A stretch of DNA of 64,000 bases, from positions 934-64,933 of the IMG/VR virus record IMGVR_UViG_3300034132_000017. One strand, written 5' to 3'. Every line of letters begins with the position of its first letter. Positions within the stretch are counted from its first letter, which is position 1. Below, one piece after another: positions 48,399 through 57,676 of this stretch. Below the pieces are notes generated by a model. That model did not search any database, was not told the DNA's origin, and worked only from the letters and a program-made list of their open reading frames with translations. A program made the position numbers and the translations under genes. Origin of the DNA: a virus. Its lineage: Duplodnaviria; Caudoviricetes.

Positions 48399-48480
48399 TC
48401 GAAATAATCGAAATAGCTGAAATAGCCGCAACTTCATGAGGTGGGAACACCAGGGCACAATCTTTACGGCGGGATGCCCT

Positions 48481-49299
48481 ATGAAGTTCCAATTTTTTCG
48501 ATTCAGACCTCAACAAGACCTTGCACCCAACGCTGAGGGTGGTGGTGAAGGTGGCAGCGGTGCCCCTGCTGCTACACCTCCTGCTGCTGAAAACCAAACA
48601 GGCGAAGACCTGACAGGGCTAAAGAATGCGCTTGCAGCAGAGCGTAAACGTGCCTCTCAGCTCGACACTGAATATAAGCAGTACAAAGCTGCTTTTGAAG
48701 GGATTGATCCTGAAGTTGCAAAGCAGGCAGCGACTAAGCTTGCCCAGCTACAAGCTAATCAAGAAGAGTGGAATCAGAAAGAAACTGCTCTGAAAACTTC
48801 ACTTCAGGAAGAATTCAATCGGCAGATCACGAAGGAAAAAGAAACTGCAAAGACCTGGCAAGAGAAGCATGATGGGCTGCTAACTCGCACTCTGGCACAG
48901 CAGGCTTACGAAGCGGCTGGCGGTCAGTCGGGCGGCTCTGACGATGGCACAACGTTCTTTGATGCCTTCTTCAACAACGTCAAAGGTGGGTTGCGTCTCA
49001 ACGAAAAAGGTCAAGTTGAAGTGGTAGACGGCACTGGGGCACGGCGTTTTAGCGCTAAGAACTCTGCTGAACCAATGAGCGCTGCTGAATTTTTTGCAGG
49101 TTACAGCTCACACCCTGTTTACTCTCACTTCTTTGCACCTCAAAAAAATTCTAAGGGTGGTGGAATGCAGCCCGGAGCTGGCACACAGAAGCACAACGGG
49201 ACTGTGAGAGTGATTGATCGGCACGACACCTCTTCTCTATCTGACCCCGGCGTAATCGAAGCGCTGGCGAAGGGTGACGGAAGTGTAATCATCCGATGA
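48481..49299 (+). CDS. capsid scaffolding protein
   Basis: LKNALAAERK coiled coil, upstream of the capsid gene; probable start MKFQFF. Confidence 0.8.
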   Translation: MKFQFFRFRPQQDLAPNAEGGGEGGSGAPAATPPAAENQTGEDLTGLKNALAAERKRASQLDTEYKQYKAAFEGIDPEVAKQAATKLAQLQANQEEWNQKETALKTSLQEEFNRQITKEKETAKTWQEKHDGLLTRTLAQQAYEAAGGQSGGSDDGTTFFDAFFNNVKGGLRLNEKGQVEVVDGTGARRFSAKNSAEPMSAAEFFAGYSSHPVYSHFFAPQKNSKGGGMQPGAGTQKHNGTVRVIDRHDTSSLSDPGVIEALAKGDGSVIIR

Positions 49300-49589
49300 A
49301 AAGCATCATTGTCCAAACCCCTGATAACGGCTACGTCGCCAGAACAGCAGTCTTGATTGACGGGATAGAGATCAAAGACGTTACCAACGTTCAGATAGAA
49401 ATCAGAGCTGGCGAAGTGGCTCCTACACTCGTAATCACACGATTCAAGCGGAACGCGATCGGTGAGTATTACCTGATCGGTGAAAACATCGCAACAGAGC
49501 GGGTTCTGTACCGTGGACGACTCACAATCGAGTTTGAAGAAGTTGATTACAACTCAAAACTTACGCAAGTTTTGGGGTGCGGGAACTAA
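49296..49589 (+). CDS. hypothetical protein
   Basis: 4-bp overlap with the scaffold gene. Confidence 0.55.
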   Translation: MKSIIVQTPDNGYVARTAVLIDGIEIKDVTNVQIEIRAGEVAPTLVITRFKRNAIGEYYLIGENIATERVLYRGRLTIEFEEVDYNSKLTQVLGCGN

Positions 49590-49621
49590 ATAGCGTCATT
49601 GTTTCTCCTTTGGTGGACTCA

Positions 49622-49649
49622 AGAGCGGGTTAATTCCCGCTCTTTTTTT
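49622..49649 (+). terminator. intrinsic terminator just before the capsid promoter
   Basis: AGAGCGGG-ttaatt-CCCGCTCT followed by a T run. Confidence 0.75.
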
Positions 49650-49781
49650 GTGGGAACTACAGCGCGAGTGAAAAACACTCGCCCAGATTTCAATACGGCG
49701 GGATGCCGGAATCGAATAGCCAAGCGGGATGCGAGGCACTGGGACATCAAACCAAACCTTGCATTTCCAACATTTCTAAAG

Positions 49782-50894
49782 ATGGCTAACGACGTTTCAG
49801 CAGTAATTCCCCAGGTTTTGGCACAAGCAATCATCATTCTTCGCCAAAACGCGATCATGCCCCGCTTGATCAACACCGACTATTCTTCACAGGTTGCAGA
49901 GTACGGCGACACCGTTGATATTCCTATTCCTTCCAGCGTTGCAACTCGCGACGTTGCGCCTGGCGCGGTTCCTCCCGCTCCAAACAACGATGTCAAACCT
50001 AAGAAAATGCAGCTCTCTCTAGACAACTGGAAAGAAGCTCCGTTCACGATGAATGACAAGGAATTAACCTCTGTCATGAAGGGCGTTGCACCCCGGCAGC
50101 TTGAGGAAGCTGTCAAGGCAATTGCAAACGATGTCGATACTTCAATTCTGAGCCTCTACAAAGAGATCTACGGGGTTGCTGGTAGCGCTGGTACTGTGCC
50201 CTTTGCAAGTTCTACAGCAGAAGCTCAGGCGGCATTCAGAACTTTAAACATTCAGCTTTGCCCTCGCGATAATCGCCGGATTGTTTTAGACCCATTCGCA
50301 GAAGCGAACGCGATCGGTCTACCCCAGTTCCAACAAGCTCAAATGAGCGGTTCTACTGAAACGCTGACTAACGCAACGATCGGTAAGAAGTTGGGCTTTG
50401 ACTGGTATCAGGATCAGAACATTCAGCGTCACAGCGCTGGCTCTGCGGCTGGCTTCCTGGTCAATCAAGCGAATCACGCTATTGGTGATACGGCAGTCAC
50501 AGTAGACACGGGAACAGGCACGTTTGTAGCGGGTGACTTGTTCACTGTTGCAGGCGATAGCCAAACCTACGTTGTGAAGACTCACGCAACAGGCGTTGTC
50601 ACTTACAGCCCTGCTGCTAAGACTGCATTCGCTGATAACGCAGCGCTGACCAAAATTGCCAGTCACACAGTCAACCTTGCATTCCACCGGGATGCTTTCG
50701 GCTTTGCTTCTCGCCCAATGACTGATGTGTTTAGTGGTGGCTCCGAGATCATGAGCATGGTCGATCCCCTTTCTGGGATTGTGCTTCGCTTAGAAGTTTC
50801 ACGCCAACACAAGCAAACTCAATGGTCACTTGATTGCCTCTGGGGAGTCAAAACCATTCGTTCTGAAATGGCTTGCAGAATTTTAGGTCAATAG
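49782..50894 (+). CDS. major capsid protein (P22 coat-like)
   Basis: MANDVSAVIPQVLAQA...GDTVDIPIP...LAFHRDAF...LDCLWGVK; true start ATG 49782. Confidence 0.9.
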   Translation: MANDVSAVIPQVLAQAIIILRQNAIMPRLINTDYSSQVAEYGDTVDIPIPSSVATRDVAPGAVPPAPNNDVKPKKMQLSLDNWKEAPFTMNDKELTSVMKGVAPRQLEEAVKAIANDVDTSILSLYKEIYGVAGSAGTVPFASSTAEAQAAFRTLNIQLCPRDNRRIVLDPFAEANAIGLPQFQQAQMSGSTETLTNATIGKKLGFDWYQDQNIQRHSAGSAAGFLVNQANHAIGDTAVTVDTGTGTFVAGDLFTVAGDSQTYVVKTHATGVVTYSPAAKTAFADNAALTKIASHTVNLAFHRDAFGFASRPMTDVFSGGSEIMSMVDPLSGIVLRLEVSRQHKQTQWSLDCLWGVKTIRSEMACRILGQ

Positions 50895-50895
50895 A

Positions 50896-51117
50896 ATGTT
50901 CTCCCTTGAAACGGTTTTAGTTCAGCACCCAGACGGATATCAGGTCATCAACAAAACTGACTTCGATCCCGATCTGCATCTGCTGTACACGACTGAGAGT
51001 TTAGAAGTTGAAACTCCTGAACTCTCAGACGCTCAAGAATCTGAGGGTCAAAAGCCCTCAGAGAAACTGTCTGAACAGGTGAAACCACCTGTTAATCGCT
51101 CTCGCAAGAAGGCTTAA
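50896..51117 (+). CDS. small post-capsid protein
   Basis: LETVLVQHPDGYQVINKTDFDP with basic tail. Confidence 0.6.
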   Translation: MFSLETVLVQHPDGYQVINKTDFDPDLHLLYTTESLEVETPELSDAQESEGQKPSEKLSEQVKPPVNRSRKKA

Positions 51118-51118
51118 A

Positions 51119-51841
51119 GTGTCTGACTTTCTTACCTGGAATGAACGGGTTCTCCACCTACTGGAGGACATCAGGAATAACGGCACTCCGCAGGGTTCGG
51201 CTGAGGGGCTGAACTTTCGGATTGCTGATCAAGATATTTCTGATTCAAACCCTTGTCCCATCTCTGATGCAGGCGGATCGATTACAGTCGATGGCTCAAT
51301 TGATGTCGCGAACTTCCCGGCAAATCAGCTCGTTTCCGGCTCAGTGAGCATCGACAACTTCCCCGATACTCAGGAGGTATCAGGTCAAGTTTCAATTAGC
51401 AATCTGCCCGCAACTCAGACAGTAGACGGCTCGGTCACAGTTAATAATTTTCCAGACACTCAGACAGTTGATGGAGCTGTGGGGGTGAGTAACTTACCCT
51501 CACAGCCTTATCTCAATTCAGAAGATTTTGGTACAGCTTCAGCAGTCGTAGTTAAAGCGTCGGCTGGAGTAGTTTTCTCAATTTGCGCTCACAATCTCTC
51601 TAGCGATTGCAAGCGCTACCTGCAACTGCATGACACAAGCAGCATCCCTCAAACCGGAGACACACCAAAGCTGTTCTTTCCGGTCTGTGGCGGAAATTCT
51701 TGGATGCTAGGGAATGAATATTTTGGATTGCTTGGGCGGCACTTTGAGCATGGGATCGCCTGGGCGTGGAGCAATACCGCAAAGACTTACAGCCCCATAC
51801 AGTCAGCCAGCGAACACGCGACTTTTATCAACTACCAGTGA
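51119..51841 (+). CDS. fiber/decoration-like protein with 14-aa repeats
   Basis: V(S/T)(I/V)xN(F/L)PxxQxVxG repeated about 5 times. Confidence 0.6.
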   Translation: MSDFLTWNERVLHLLEDIRNNGTPQGSAEGLNFRIADQDISDSNPCPISDAGGSITVDGSIDVANFPANQLVSGSVSIDNFPDTQEVSGQVSISNLPATQTVDGSVTVNNFPDTQTVDGAVGVSNLPSQPYLNSEDFGTASAVVVKASAGVVFSICAHNLSSDCKRYLQLHDTSSIPQTGDTPKLFFPVCGGNSWMLGNEYFGLLGRHFEHGIAWAWSNTAKTYSPIQSASEHATFINYQ

Positions 51842-51975
51842 AATCAAAAATTCATCTCAGGGATTTTAAGGGAATTCTTTGTCAATCAGGCAAGCGCTGG
51901 AAGTCTTGCGTAATGAGCAGCACAGAGAATTATTTAAGAGTCACCTGTAAACACTGCCTGAAGAAAGTTAAATGA
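51838..51975 (+). CDS. small Cys/His protein
   Basis: IHL..C...VTCKHCLK; overlaps both neighbours by 4 bp. Confidence 0.5.
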   Translation: MKSKIHLRDFKGILCQSGKRWKSCVMSSTENYLRVTCKHCLKKVK

Positions 51976-52412
51976 GCGGAATCAACAATCAATCGGGCGG
52001 TTGTCGTCCTGCTAGTGCCCAGATTCAGCAGGAACAGCTTGAGATTGAGCGTCAGATGCTCTGGCAGCTCAAGGCGATCTCTGCCCCTGAAAGCCCACTG
52101 AAGGCAAAATTAGAGTTTTCATACTCTGACGTTCACGAACGCCAGATTTACCCACCGAAGGGTACAGAGCTATTTACGCGAGTGATTCTGGTTGTCACAG
52201 AAGCGTTTGACGACACAGAATCTACACTGTCAGTTGGGACTGACGCTAACCCTCAAGGCTTGTTCCCAGTTGAAGCGAGTGATTTAAGAATGGGATGCGC
52301 TTTTGAAACACACCCCAATATCCAGACAACAAATTCCGCATCTATCAAACTTTATCTCTCCCCTGCTGGAGCGACACAGGGCAGAGGAATTATTTATCTA
52401 TATGCTGATTAA
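51972..52412 (+). CDS. virion structural protein (putative)
   Basis: C-terminus resembles that of 53002-53685 (LVVTEAFD..LSVG..GATQGRGIIYL). Confidence 0.55.
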   Translation: MSGINNQSGGCRPASAQIQQEQLEIERQMLWQLKAISAPESPLKAKLEFSYSDVHERQIYPPKGTELFTRVILVVTEAFDDTESTLSVGTDANPQGLFPVEASDLRMGCAFETHPNIQTTNSASIKLYLSPAGATQGRGIIYLYAD

Positions 52413-52885
52413 TTGACGACTCCAGGCGGCAGCGGTGCGCTGGTCGCGTCGGGACCGTGATCAGCAACAATCATTGGTTCTGGTTCAGTTACAGGTGAAG
52501 CGGGAACTGCGGAGCTATCTGTAGATGAGGTAGATTCTGCGGTGGGTACAGTCGATGGGGTAGGGTCCGGCGCTGTTACAGGAGTTGGGTTGACAGTACC
52601 CGCTTTAGCTTGAAGCCTGGTCGCGAGATCAGTCAGTGACAGGAATTGCTTGAGCTTGTCTTCATCGCCCTGATAGACCTGTTCCAGAGCTGCATATTTA
52701 TTCTGAGATGCTGTGAGCTGCTGTTGCAGTTCACCTACTTGCTGTCGCAGTTGGGCGATTAACTCAGCTTCATTTGTTTCAGCCGCTAACCGCGCTTCCA
52801 GCTCTTCAATGTAATTAAGGCTGCTTTCAAGCGCTCTAGAAACTAATTGATAAATATCGGGTTGCCTGACCTGGGCTTGAACCAT
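52409..52885 (-). CDS. coiled-coil protein with P/S/T-rich tail
   Basis: ORF opposite to the structural genes. Confidence 0.6.
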   Translation of the reverse strand: MVQAQVRQPDIYQLVSRALESSLNYIEELEARLAAETNEAELIAQLRQQVGELQQQLTASQNKYAALEQVYQGDEDKLKQFLSLTDLATRLQAKAGTVNPTPVTAPDPTPSTVPTAESTSSTDSSAVPASPVTEPEPMIVADHGPDATSAPLPPGVVN

Positions 52886-53001
52886 AAGACCTCTGGGGGT
52901 TGAAAGAATAAAATTACAATACCCAAAAGCCTCAAAACTTACTCAAGTTTTGAGGTTATGGATCACTGTGGGAACTCCATTGCAGAATTTGATTTCCTGC
53001 A

Positions 53002-53685
53002 ATGGCATTTTTTCCAGACCTGATCGGCACCACACTGTCCTACTTCAAAATCGGCATCAATGGGGTGCGGCTGAAGCTATCAGGCTCAAATTTATTTATT
53101 CGCAATGCTGGCGATACGGCTGATGCAGAGCTAACCGCTTCTAAGCTCAATGCCAGCGGTGACGACATCGTGATCAACTCTGATGCAGCAGGAAGCGGCT
53201 CAGATTATCTCTACACGCTTCGCAGACCCAGCACACAGACAGCCGCAACTGTGCTGATTCTGCCTCCCACGATGGGCACAGCAGGGCAAGTGTTAGGCAC
53301 AGATGGCACAAACACCAGTTGGGTTAGTGCTGCCTCTACAGCGTCCTGTGTGAGCTGCGACACTACGACGCTCAATTACAACTCAGCTTCTAGCGTGGCA
53401 ATGTTCACGCTCCCGGCAAATGCCGTTGTCCACAAAGTTCAAGTCATTATCGATACCCAATTCAGTGGGGGCACTCCTACCGCTTCTGTGGGCTACAGCG
53501 GCTCGACAAGCGCTTTTATGGGGGCAAACCAATTAAGCCTCACAGACTCAGCAGGGGTCATCTACGAGGCGAATCCTTCGGTAGCAGCGTCCGGCACGAC
53601 TACAGCGCTGATCATCACCTATGCCGCTGGCGGTGCATCGGCTGGCTCTGCTCGATTCCTCGTCTACTACTCAGTTCCGGCGTAG
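53002..53685 (+). CDS. virion fiber-associated protein
   Basis: Small-residue-rich; late motif at 52968. Confidence 0.6.
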   Translation: MAFFPDLIGTTLSYFKIGINGVRLKLSGSNLFIRNAGDTADAELTASKLNASGDDIVINSDAAGSGSDYLYTLRRPSTQTAATVLILPPTMGTAGQVLGTDGTNTSWVSAASTASCVSCDTTTLNYNSASSVAMFTLPANAVVHKVQVIIDTQFSGGTPTASVGYSGSTSAFMGANQLSLTDSAGVIYEANPSVAASGTTTALIITYAAGGASAGSARFLVYYSVPA

Positions 53686-53696
53686 GTAGGTGGCTG

Positions 53697-54491
53697 ATGG
53701 GCTGGATGGATTTAGTAGGTACCACTGCAAGCAGCTTCATTCTGGGAATTGGGGGGGCACTGCTGCGGAGCAATTCGGGAACTGTCGAAGCTCGGAGCAA
53801 TGACAACTCAAGCTATGCCCCATTCAAAAGCTCAAACCTGAGCGTTGTCGATGCTGCAACCACACAGAGCAATCTGGGCATCACGCGCATTGTGGGGTCA
53901 GTTCAGCTCTATACAGGCACAGACAGCACATCACAAGGCTACATCGACGACTTTGATGGGAAATGGATTTATCTAACCCTCGACTCGATCAGGACGATCG
54001 GGAACGCCAGCAGTGGGGCGGCGATCGCCGCAAGCTGGACACAAACGCTCTTCACTCACCTATGGACGAATTACACCCAATCGCAATGCCCAGTCCTGAC
54101 CAGCGCCGGGGGAGCTTCAACCCGGGGCGCGAGTGCAGCGGCTGACTGGGCGGCCAACAAGAGAATCACACTATTTGACTATCGAGGTCGGGTCATTATT
54201 GGAGCTGGCAGCGGCTCATCGCTCACTACTCGATCTAAGGGCGCAGCCGGCGGGGAAGAAACGCACATAAACACTACGACTGAAATTCCTGCCCACAATC
54301 ACCAATCAAAAGGTTCTGGTTTCATAACCAATGGCACAAGCAGCGATCGCGCTCAACTTGCATCAACTGGTACGGGTGCCTCGAATTGGGCGGTAAATGA
54401 TTTTACTCAAAATTCTGGTGGGGGCGGCGGGCACAATAACATGCAGCCTTACGCGGCTGAACACCTACTCATCTCAGCAGGAGCTAGATAA
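53697..54491 (+). CDS. tail fiber protein with collar-like domain
   Basis: LFDYRGRVIIGAG...GGEETH...EIPAHNH...HNNMQPY. Confidence 0.8.
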   Translation: MGWMDLVGTTASSFILGIGGALLRSNSGTVEARSNDNSSYAPFKSSNLSVVDAATTQSNLGITRIVGSVQLYTGTDSTSQGYIDDFDGKWIYLTLDSIRTIGNASSGAAIAASWTQTLFTHLWTNYTQSQCPVLTSAGGASTRGASAAADWAANKRITLFDYRGRVIIGAGSGSSLTTRSKGAAGGEETHINTTTEIPAHNHQSKGSGFITNGTSSDRAQLASTGTGASNWAVNDFTQNSGGGGGHNNMQPYAAEHLLISAGAR

Positions 54492-55154
54492 ATGGCAGCA
54501 AACACCCTGATACACCACCCAGACGGCAACATTATTTTCAAGGAAGCTGACGGCACAGAAAGCCTGATCTTGACCTTGCCGCAGTTCCTACAGATGGAAT
54601 CTGCCTACACGATTAAAGATGGAAGTGAAGACGACAGAACGCCAATTTCTCGGATTTATCGTCAAGAGGATTACCATATCCTCTCGAATGGTTCTGACCA
54701 ATGGAGCGGGTTTATGCCCTGGAATGAAGGCGACATATACCTTTCCAGAGTAGAGGCATACAGAGCAGAGCTGGCATCGATGCAGCCCCAACCCACGCTG
54801 GAAGACATCAAAGCAGGTAAGCTGGCGGCTCTGAGCTACGCCTGTCAGGAAGAGGTTTTTAGTGGATTTAGTAGCGATGCCCTGGGCAGTCCTCACACCT
54901 ACTCTTCTCAAATAGAGGATCAAATGAACCTAATTGGTGTCCAAATTCAAGCGATTGCAGGTCAATCAGTTAATTATGTTTGCGTCGATTCAGCAGGTGT
55001 GAAAGAAGGTAGATTGCACACTCCGGCGCAAATTCAGCAGGTGTTTGCTGCGGGTGCAGGCATCAAGCAGAATTTGATTAGCAAATTCCATCAGCTCAGA
55101 GAGCAGGTAGAAGCGGCGACGATCGCCGATGTCGTTCACCAAATCAGTTGGTAG
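54492..55154 (+). CDS. tail fiber assembly protein (DUF4376-like)
   Basis: IKAGKLAALSYACQEEVFSGF.SDALG.PHTY...DQMNL. Confidence 0.75.
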   Translation: MAANTLIHHPDGNIIFKEADGTESLILTLPQFLQMESAYTIKDGSEDDRTPISRIYRQEDYHILSNGSDQWSGFMPWNEGDIYLSRVEAYRAELASMQPQPTLEDIKAGKLAALSYACQEEVFSGFSSDALGSPHTYSSQIEDQMNLIGVQIQAIAGQSVNYVCVDSAGVKEGRLHTPAQIQQVFAAGAGIKQNLISKFHQLREQVEAATIADVVHQISW

Positions 55155-55244
55155 TCTGGTAACGAGCGAATTCTAAGCGAATTCAAATTCAAGAACAAAA
55201 GCCCAAAACTTACGCAAGTTTTGGGCTTTCCCTGCATTTTTCTC

Positions 55245-55688
55245 CTACTCATCGAACTCGCCCTTGAGAGCGTTCAGATGTGCTTGTAGTCTGCAAGCCA
55301 GCTTGTTATGAGACTCAGAAGAGCTAACGCAGTCTATCTGTTTAGTTAGATAGACTTTAGCGTGGTAAATGATTCTTCCATCCTCCTCATACGGACACAA
55401 GAACGGGCACCATTCGTTATCGTAAGCAGCTTGCACTACTGCTTGCTCTAGTTGTTCTAACTGAAACTCCGAAGGATGCCAGTCGCAGGAAGCAACGGGA
55501 TTACCCACTTCAATGAATGTGCAATCGTGAGAACGTGCCAACAGCACCTCATAACAGAAGTTACCGACCTTGCGGCAACTCTCCGGCTCATACTTTGACC
55601 ACTTTTCAAACAACCTGAGTAGAGCGATCGAAGTCAGATTGTCGATCGCTGAAAATGGGAATGGTAATGGCATTGCACGGGCGTACAT
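55245..55688 (-). CDS. hypothetical protein
   Basis: Probable start MYARAM after AAGGAG. Confidence 0.55.
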   Translation of the reverse strand: MYARAMPLPFPFSAIDNLTSIALLRLFEKWSKYEPESCRKVGNFCYEVLLARSHDCTFIEVGNPVASCDWHPSEFQLEQLEQAVVQAAYDNEWCPFLCPYEEDGRIIYHAKVYLTKQIDCVSSSESHNKLACRLQAHLNALKGEFDE

Positions 55689-55698
55689 ATTCAACTCC

Positions 55699-56136
55699 TT
55701 AAGCAGGTACAGGTAATGACAACTGTTCAACAGACACAGGAACATCCATCCCGCCAGCACAATCAGGGCGGTAAGTCTGAACCAACTTGAAAGCTAAATT
55801 TCTGTGGGAAAACTCACCCGCTTTAGCTTTACTGAGCCAGGTTTCATCTTGTTCAGGGTCAAGCTCTTTGAGGTAAGCGCGGATTAGAGGTAAGTTCTCT
55901 CGAAGCTGCTCAATGTAAGCCGACTTAAAGACTTGAATCGCCTCTTCCTGACCGTGTTGACTAACAGCCTGTTTGTAGAGCGGCACAAGCGCCCTCGCAG
56001 GGATCAGAAAGTCAAGACGATTTTGAGGATAGATCAGCAACCTCTTTCCCTTCTCAATGCAAGGGATTCGCCAACACAAGCTTTTAAGAGTGCCGTGGTG
56101 ATGCTCTTTGGCATCAAACGACGCTGTGTAAATCAT
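55699..56136 (-). CDS. DUF488-like protein
   Basis: MIYTAS...LIP...F..AYIEQL...GEFSHRNL. Confidence 0.65.
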   Translation of the reverse strand: MIYTASFDAKEHHHGTLKSLCWRIPCIEKGKRLLIYPQNRLDFLIPARALVPLYKQAVSQHGQEEAIQVFKSAYIEQLRENLPLIRAYLKELDPEQDETWLSKAKAGEFSHRNLAFKLVQTYRPDCAGGMDVPVSVEQLSLPVPA

Positions 56137-57275
56137 GAAACCTCCCTAGTGATTCTGTTTCGCTTTATCCTGAATCCCCAGTGTGGGGACTGCCCTACCA
56201 ACTGCTGCACCAATCCATCGCGATAGCTGAGCCATTGCGAAAGAACCTGCTGCATGTCTGTGTATGCGCCGTTCTCGAATAGAATTTCGAGTGACTTGCG
56301 GCGATTCTCTAAAACTTGTGATGCTGTGAGCTGCGGTTCTGCGGGTTTGGAGTTCTGATGAGCTTCGCCGCTTCCGTTCTGCATTGGGGGTGCAGTCGGC
56401 TCAGATGGCCGTCCTTTTTTGCACCAGGACTCATAACGTTCGGCACCCTGGTTCTGAATGCAGCGCTTCGTGAAATCGTCAATATTACCGATCTGATTGT
56501 CCTGCTTCCTCCGCAGTCTCTCCTGAGCTATCAGAACGACCTGAGCGCGAGTGTAGATATAAAACTCAATCGGACTCCCTGCAAATCCTGGTCCTGAATA
56601 CTCAGACCAGTTAAAACACCCCGGTTCAAGTTCAAAACTTACATAAGTTTCGGGCGCGGAAGAATCGTTCTCTGTAGTTTGTGGAAAACTTTCAGCAGTA
56701 GATTCAGGAATTACATCACTCGGAGATGTGGAGCCGTTAAAGGTTACACACTGATCCCTATAATTTTCTCTTTCTAAATTATTTTGTGTTTCTCTCTCTC
56801 TCTCTTTTAAAGAAGATCTATATAGATCTGGAGAGCTGCTAGAAGCATTGCAGAGCGCGCGATTTGAGTCTTCAAATTCTAGGATCTGAGAATTTGACTC
56901 TAGGATCTGAGAATTTATTCTAGGATCCTGATTCTCATTCTTAGACTCTGGAGTGCTTTCTAAGACTCTAGACAATTCTCTGTTAGAATGATTCCAGATA
57001 AGCTTGAGTTCTCCATCTTTGATAGTGAACTCTCCCCATTCTCTAAGTGTGCCGATCGCAGCATAAAAGCTGCTCTGAGGTATCCCCCAGCTCAATCGAA
57101 AGCTCTTAATATCAATTCTGAACTCTCCTCTTAGGTTTGAAGGAAAGTCAAGCTGGAGGGCAAAGTAGACAAAAAACACGTTAGGCAAGCCGTGTTTTTT
57201 GAGCTTGAGTAATTCTTCTCTGGTGACCGGGAAAAACGGAGAGAGAATTTTCTTTCTAACGTTTGGTTGATTCAT
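56133..57275 (-). CDS. replication initiator (HTH) with internal iterons
   Basis: N-terminal HTH (SWGIPQSSFYAAIGTL), internal direct repeats and AT-rich tract. Confidence 0.7.
   Translation of the reverse strand: MNQPNVRKKILSPFFPVTREELLKLKKHGLPNVFFVYFALQLDFPSNLRGEFRIDIKSFRLSWGIPQSSFYAAIGTLREWGEFTIKDGELKLIWNHSNRELSRVLESTPESKNENQDPRINSQILESNSQILEFEDSNRALCNASSSSPDLYRSSLKERERETQNNLERENYRDQCVTFNGSTSPSDVIPESTAESFPQTTENDSSAPETYVSFELEPGCFNWSEYSGPGFAGSPIEFYIYTRAQVVLIAQERLRRKQDNQIGNIDDFTKRCIQNQGAERYESWCKKGRPSEPTAPPMQNGSGEAHQNSKPAEPQLTASQVLENRRKSLEILFENGAYTDMQQVLSQWLSYRDGLVQQLVGQSPHWGFRIKRNRITREVS
56760..56936. other. candidate replication origin
   Basis: TCTAGGATCTGAGAATTT at 56878 and 56899, partial copy at 56919; AGATCTATATAGATCT palindrome and AT/CT-rich tract adjacent. 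Confidence 0.55.
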
Positions 57276-57676
57276 CCCTCAATCTCCTCAAACGTTGCAA
57301 TCTCAAGCGAAACAAACGACTGTACTATTTGGTCTGTATTTGCCATAATTAAGAACTTCGATCTTCGGTACTTGTGCGGGGGATCAGGTGTAGGATGCAG
57401 ACTTTGATAGCAAGTTAAAGTCTGAAAAAATGCAAATAGAAAAAGCCCAGATTCGCCATCACCAGCGAATCTTGGGCTTTACTAAGTTAGACTTACAACA
57501 GTATGTAAGTCGTGAAAAAAATGCTAAAGTGGTGTATAACATGCTGAATTACTCGGCATAAAAGAGCGGAAGTGTTTGGCAACACTTCTGAATTTGAAGC
57601 CCTTCCTATTGGCGGCAAACCGGGGGAGTGGGCGTATAAATCAAAAAACGGTGGAAATTGGCGTTTCCATCGTTTT

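Noticed and set aside
49599-49781. N-terminal extension of the capsid ORF
   Set aside because: Runs through a terminator, the late promoter and a structured leader; real start is ATG 49782
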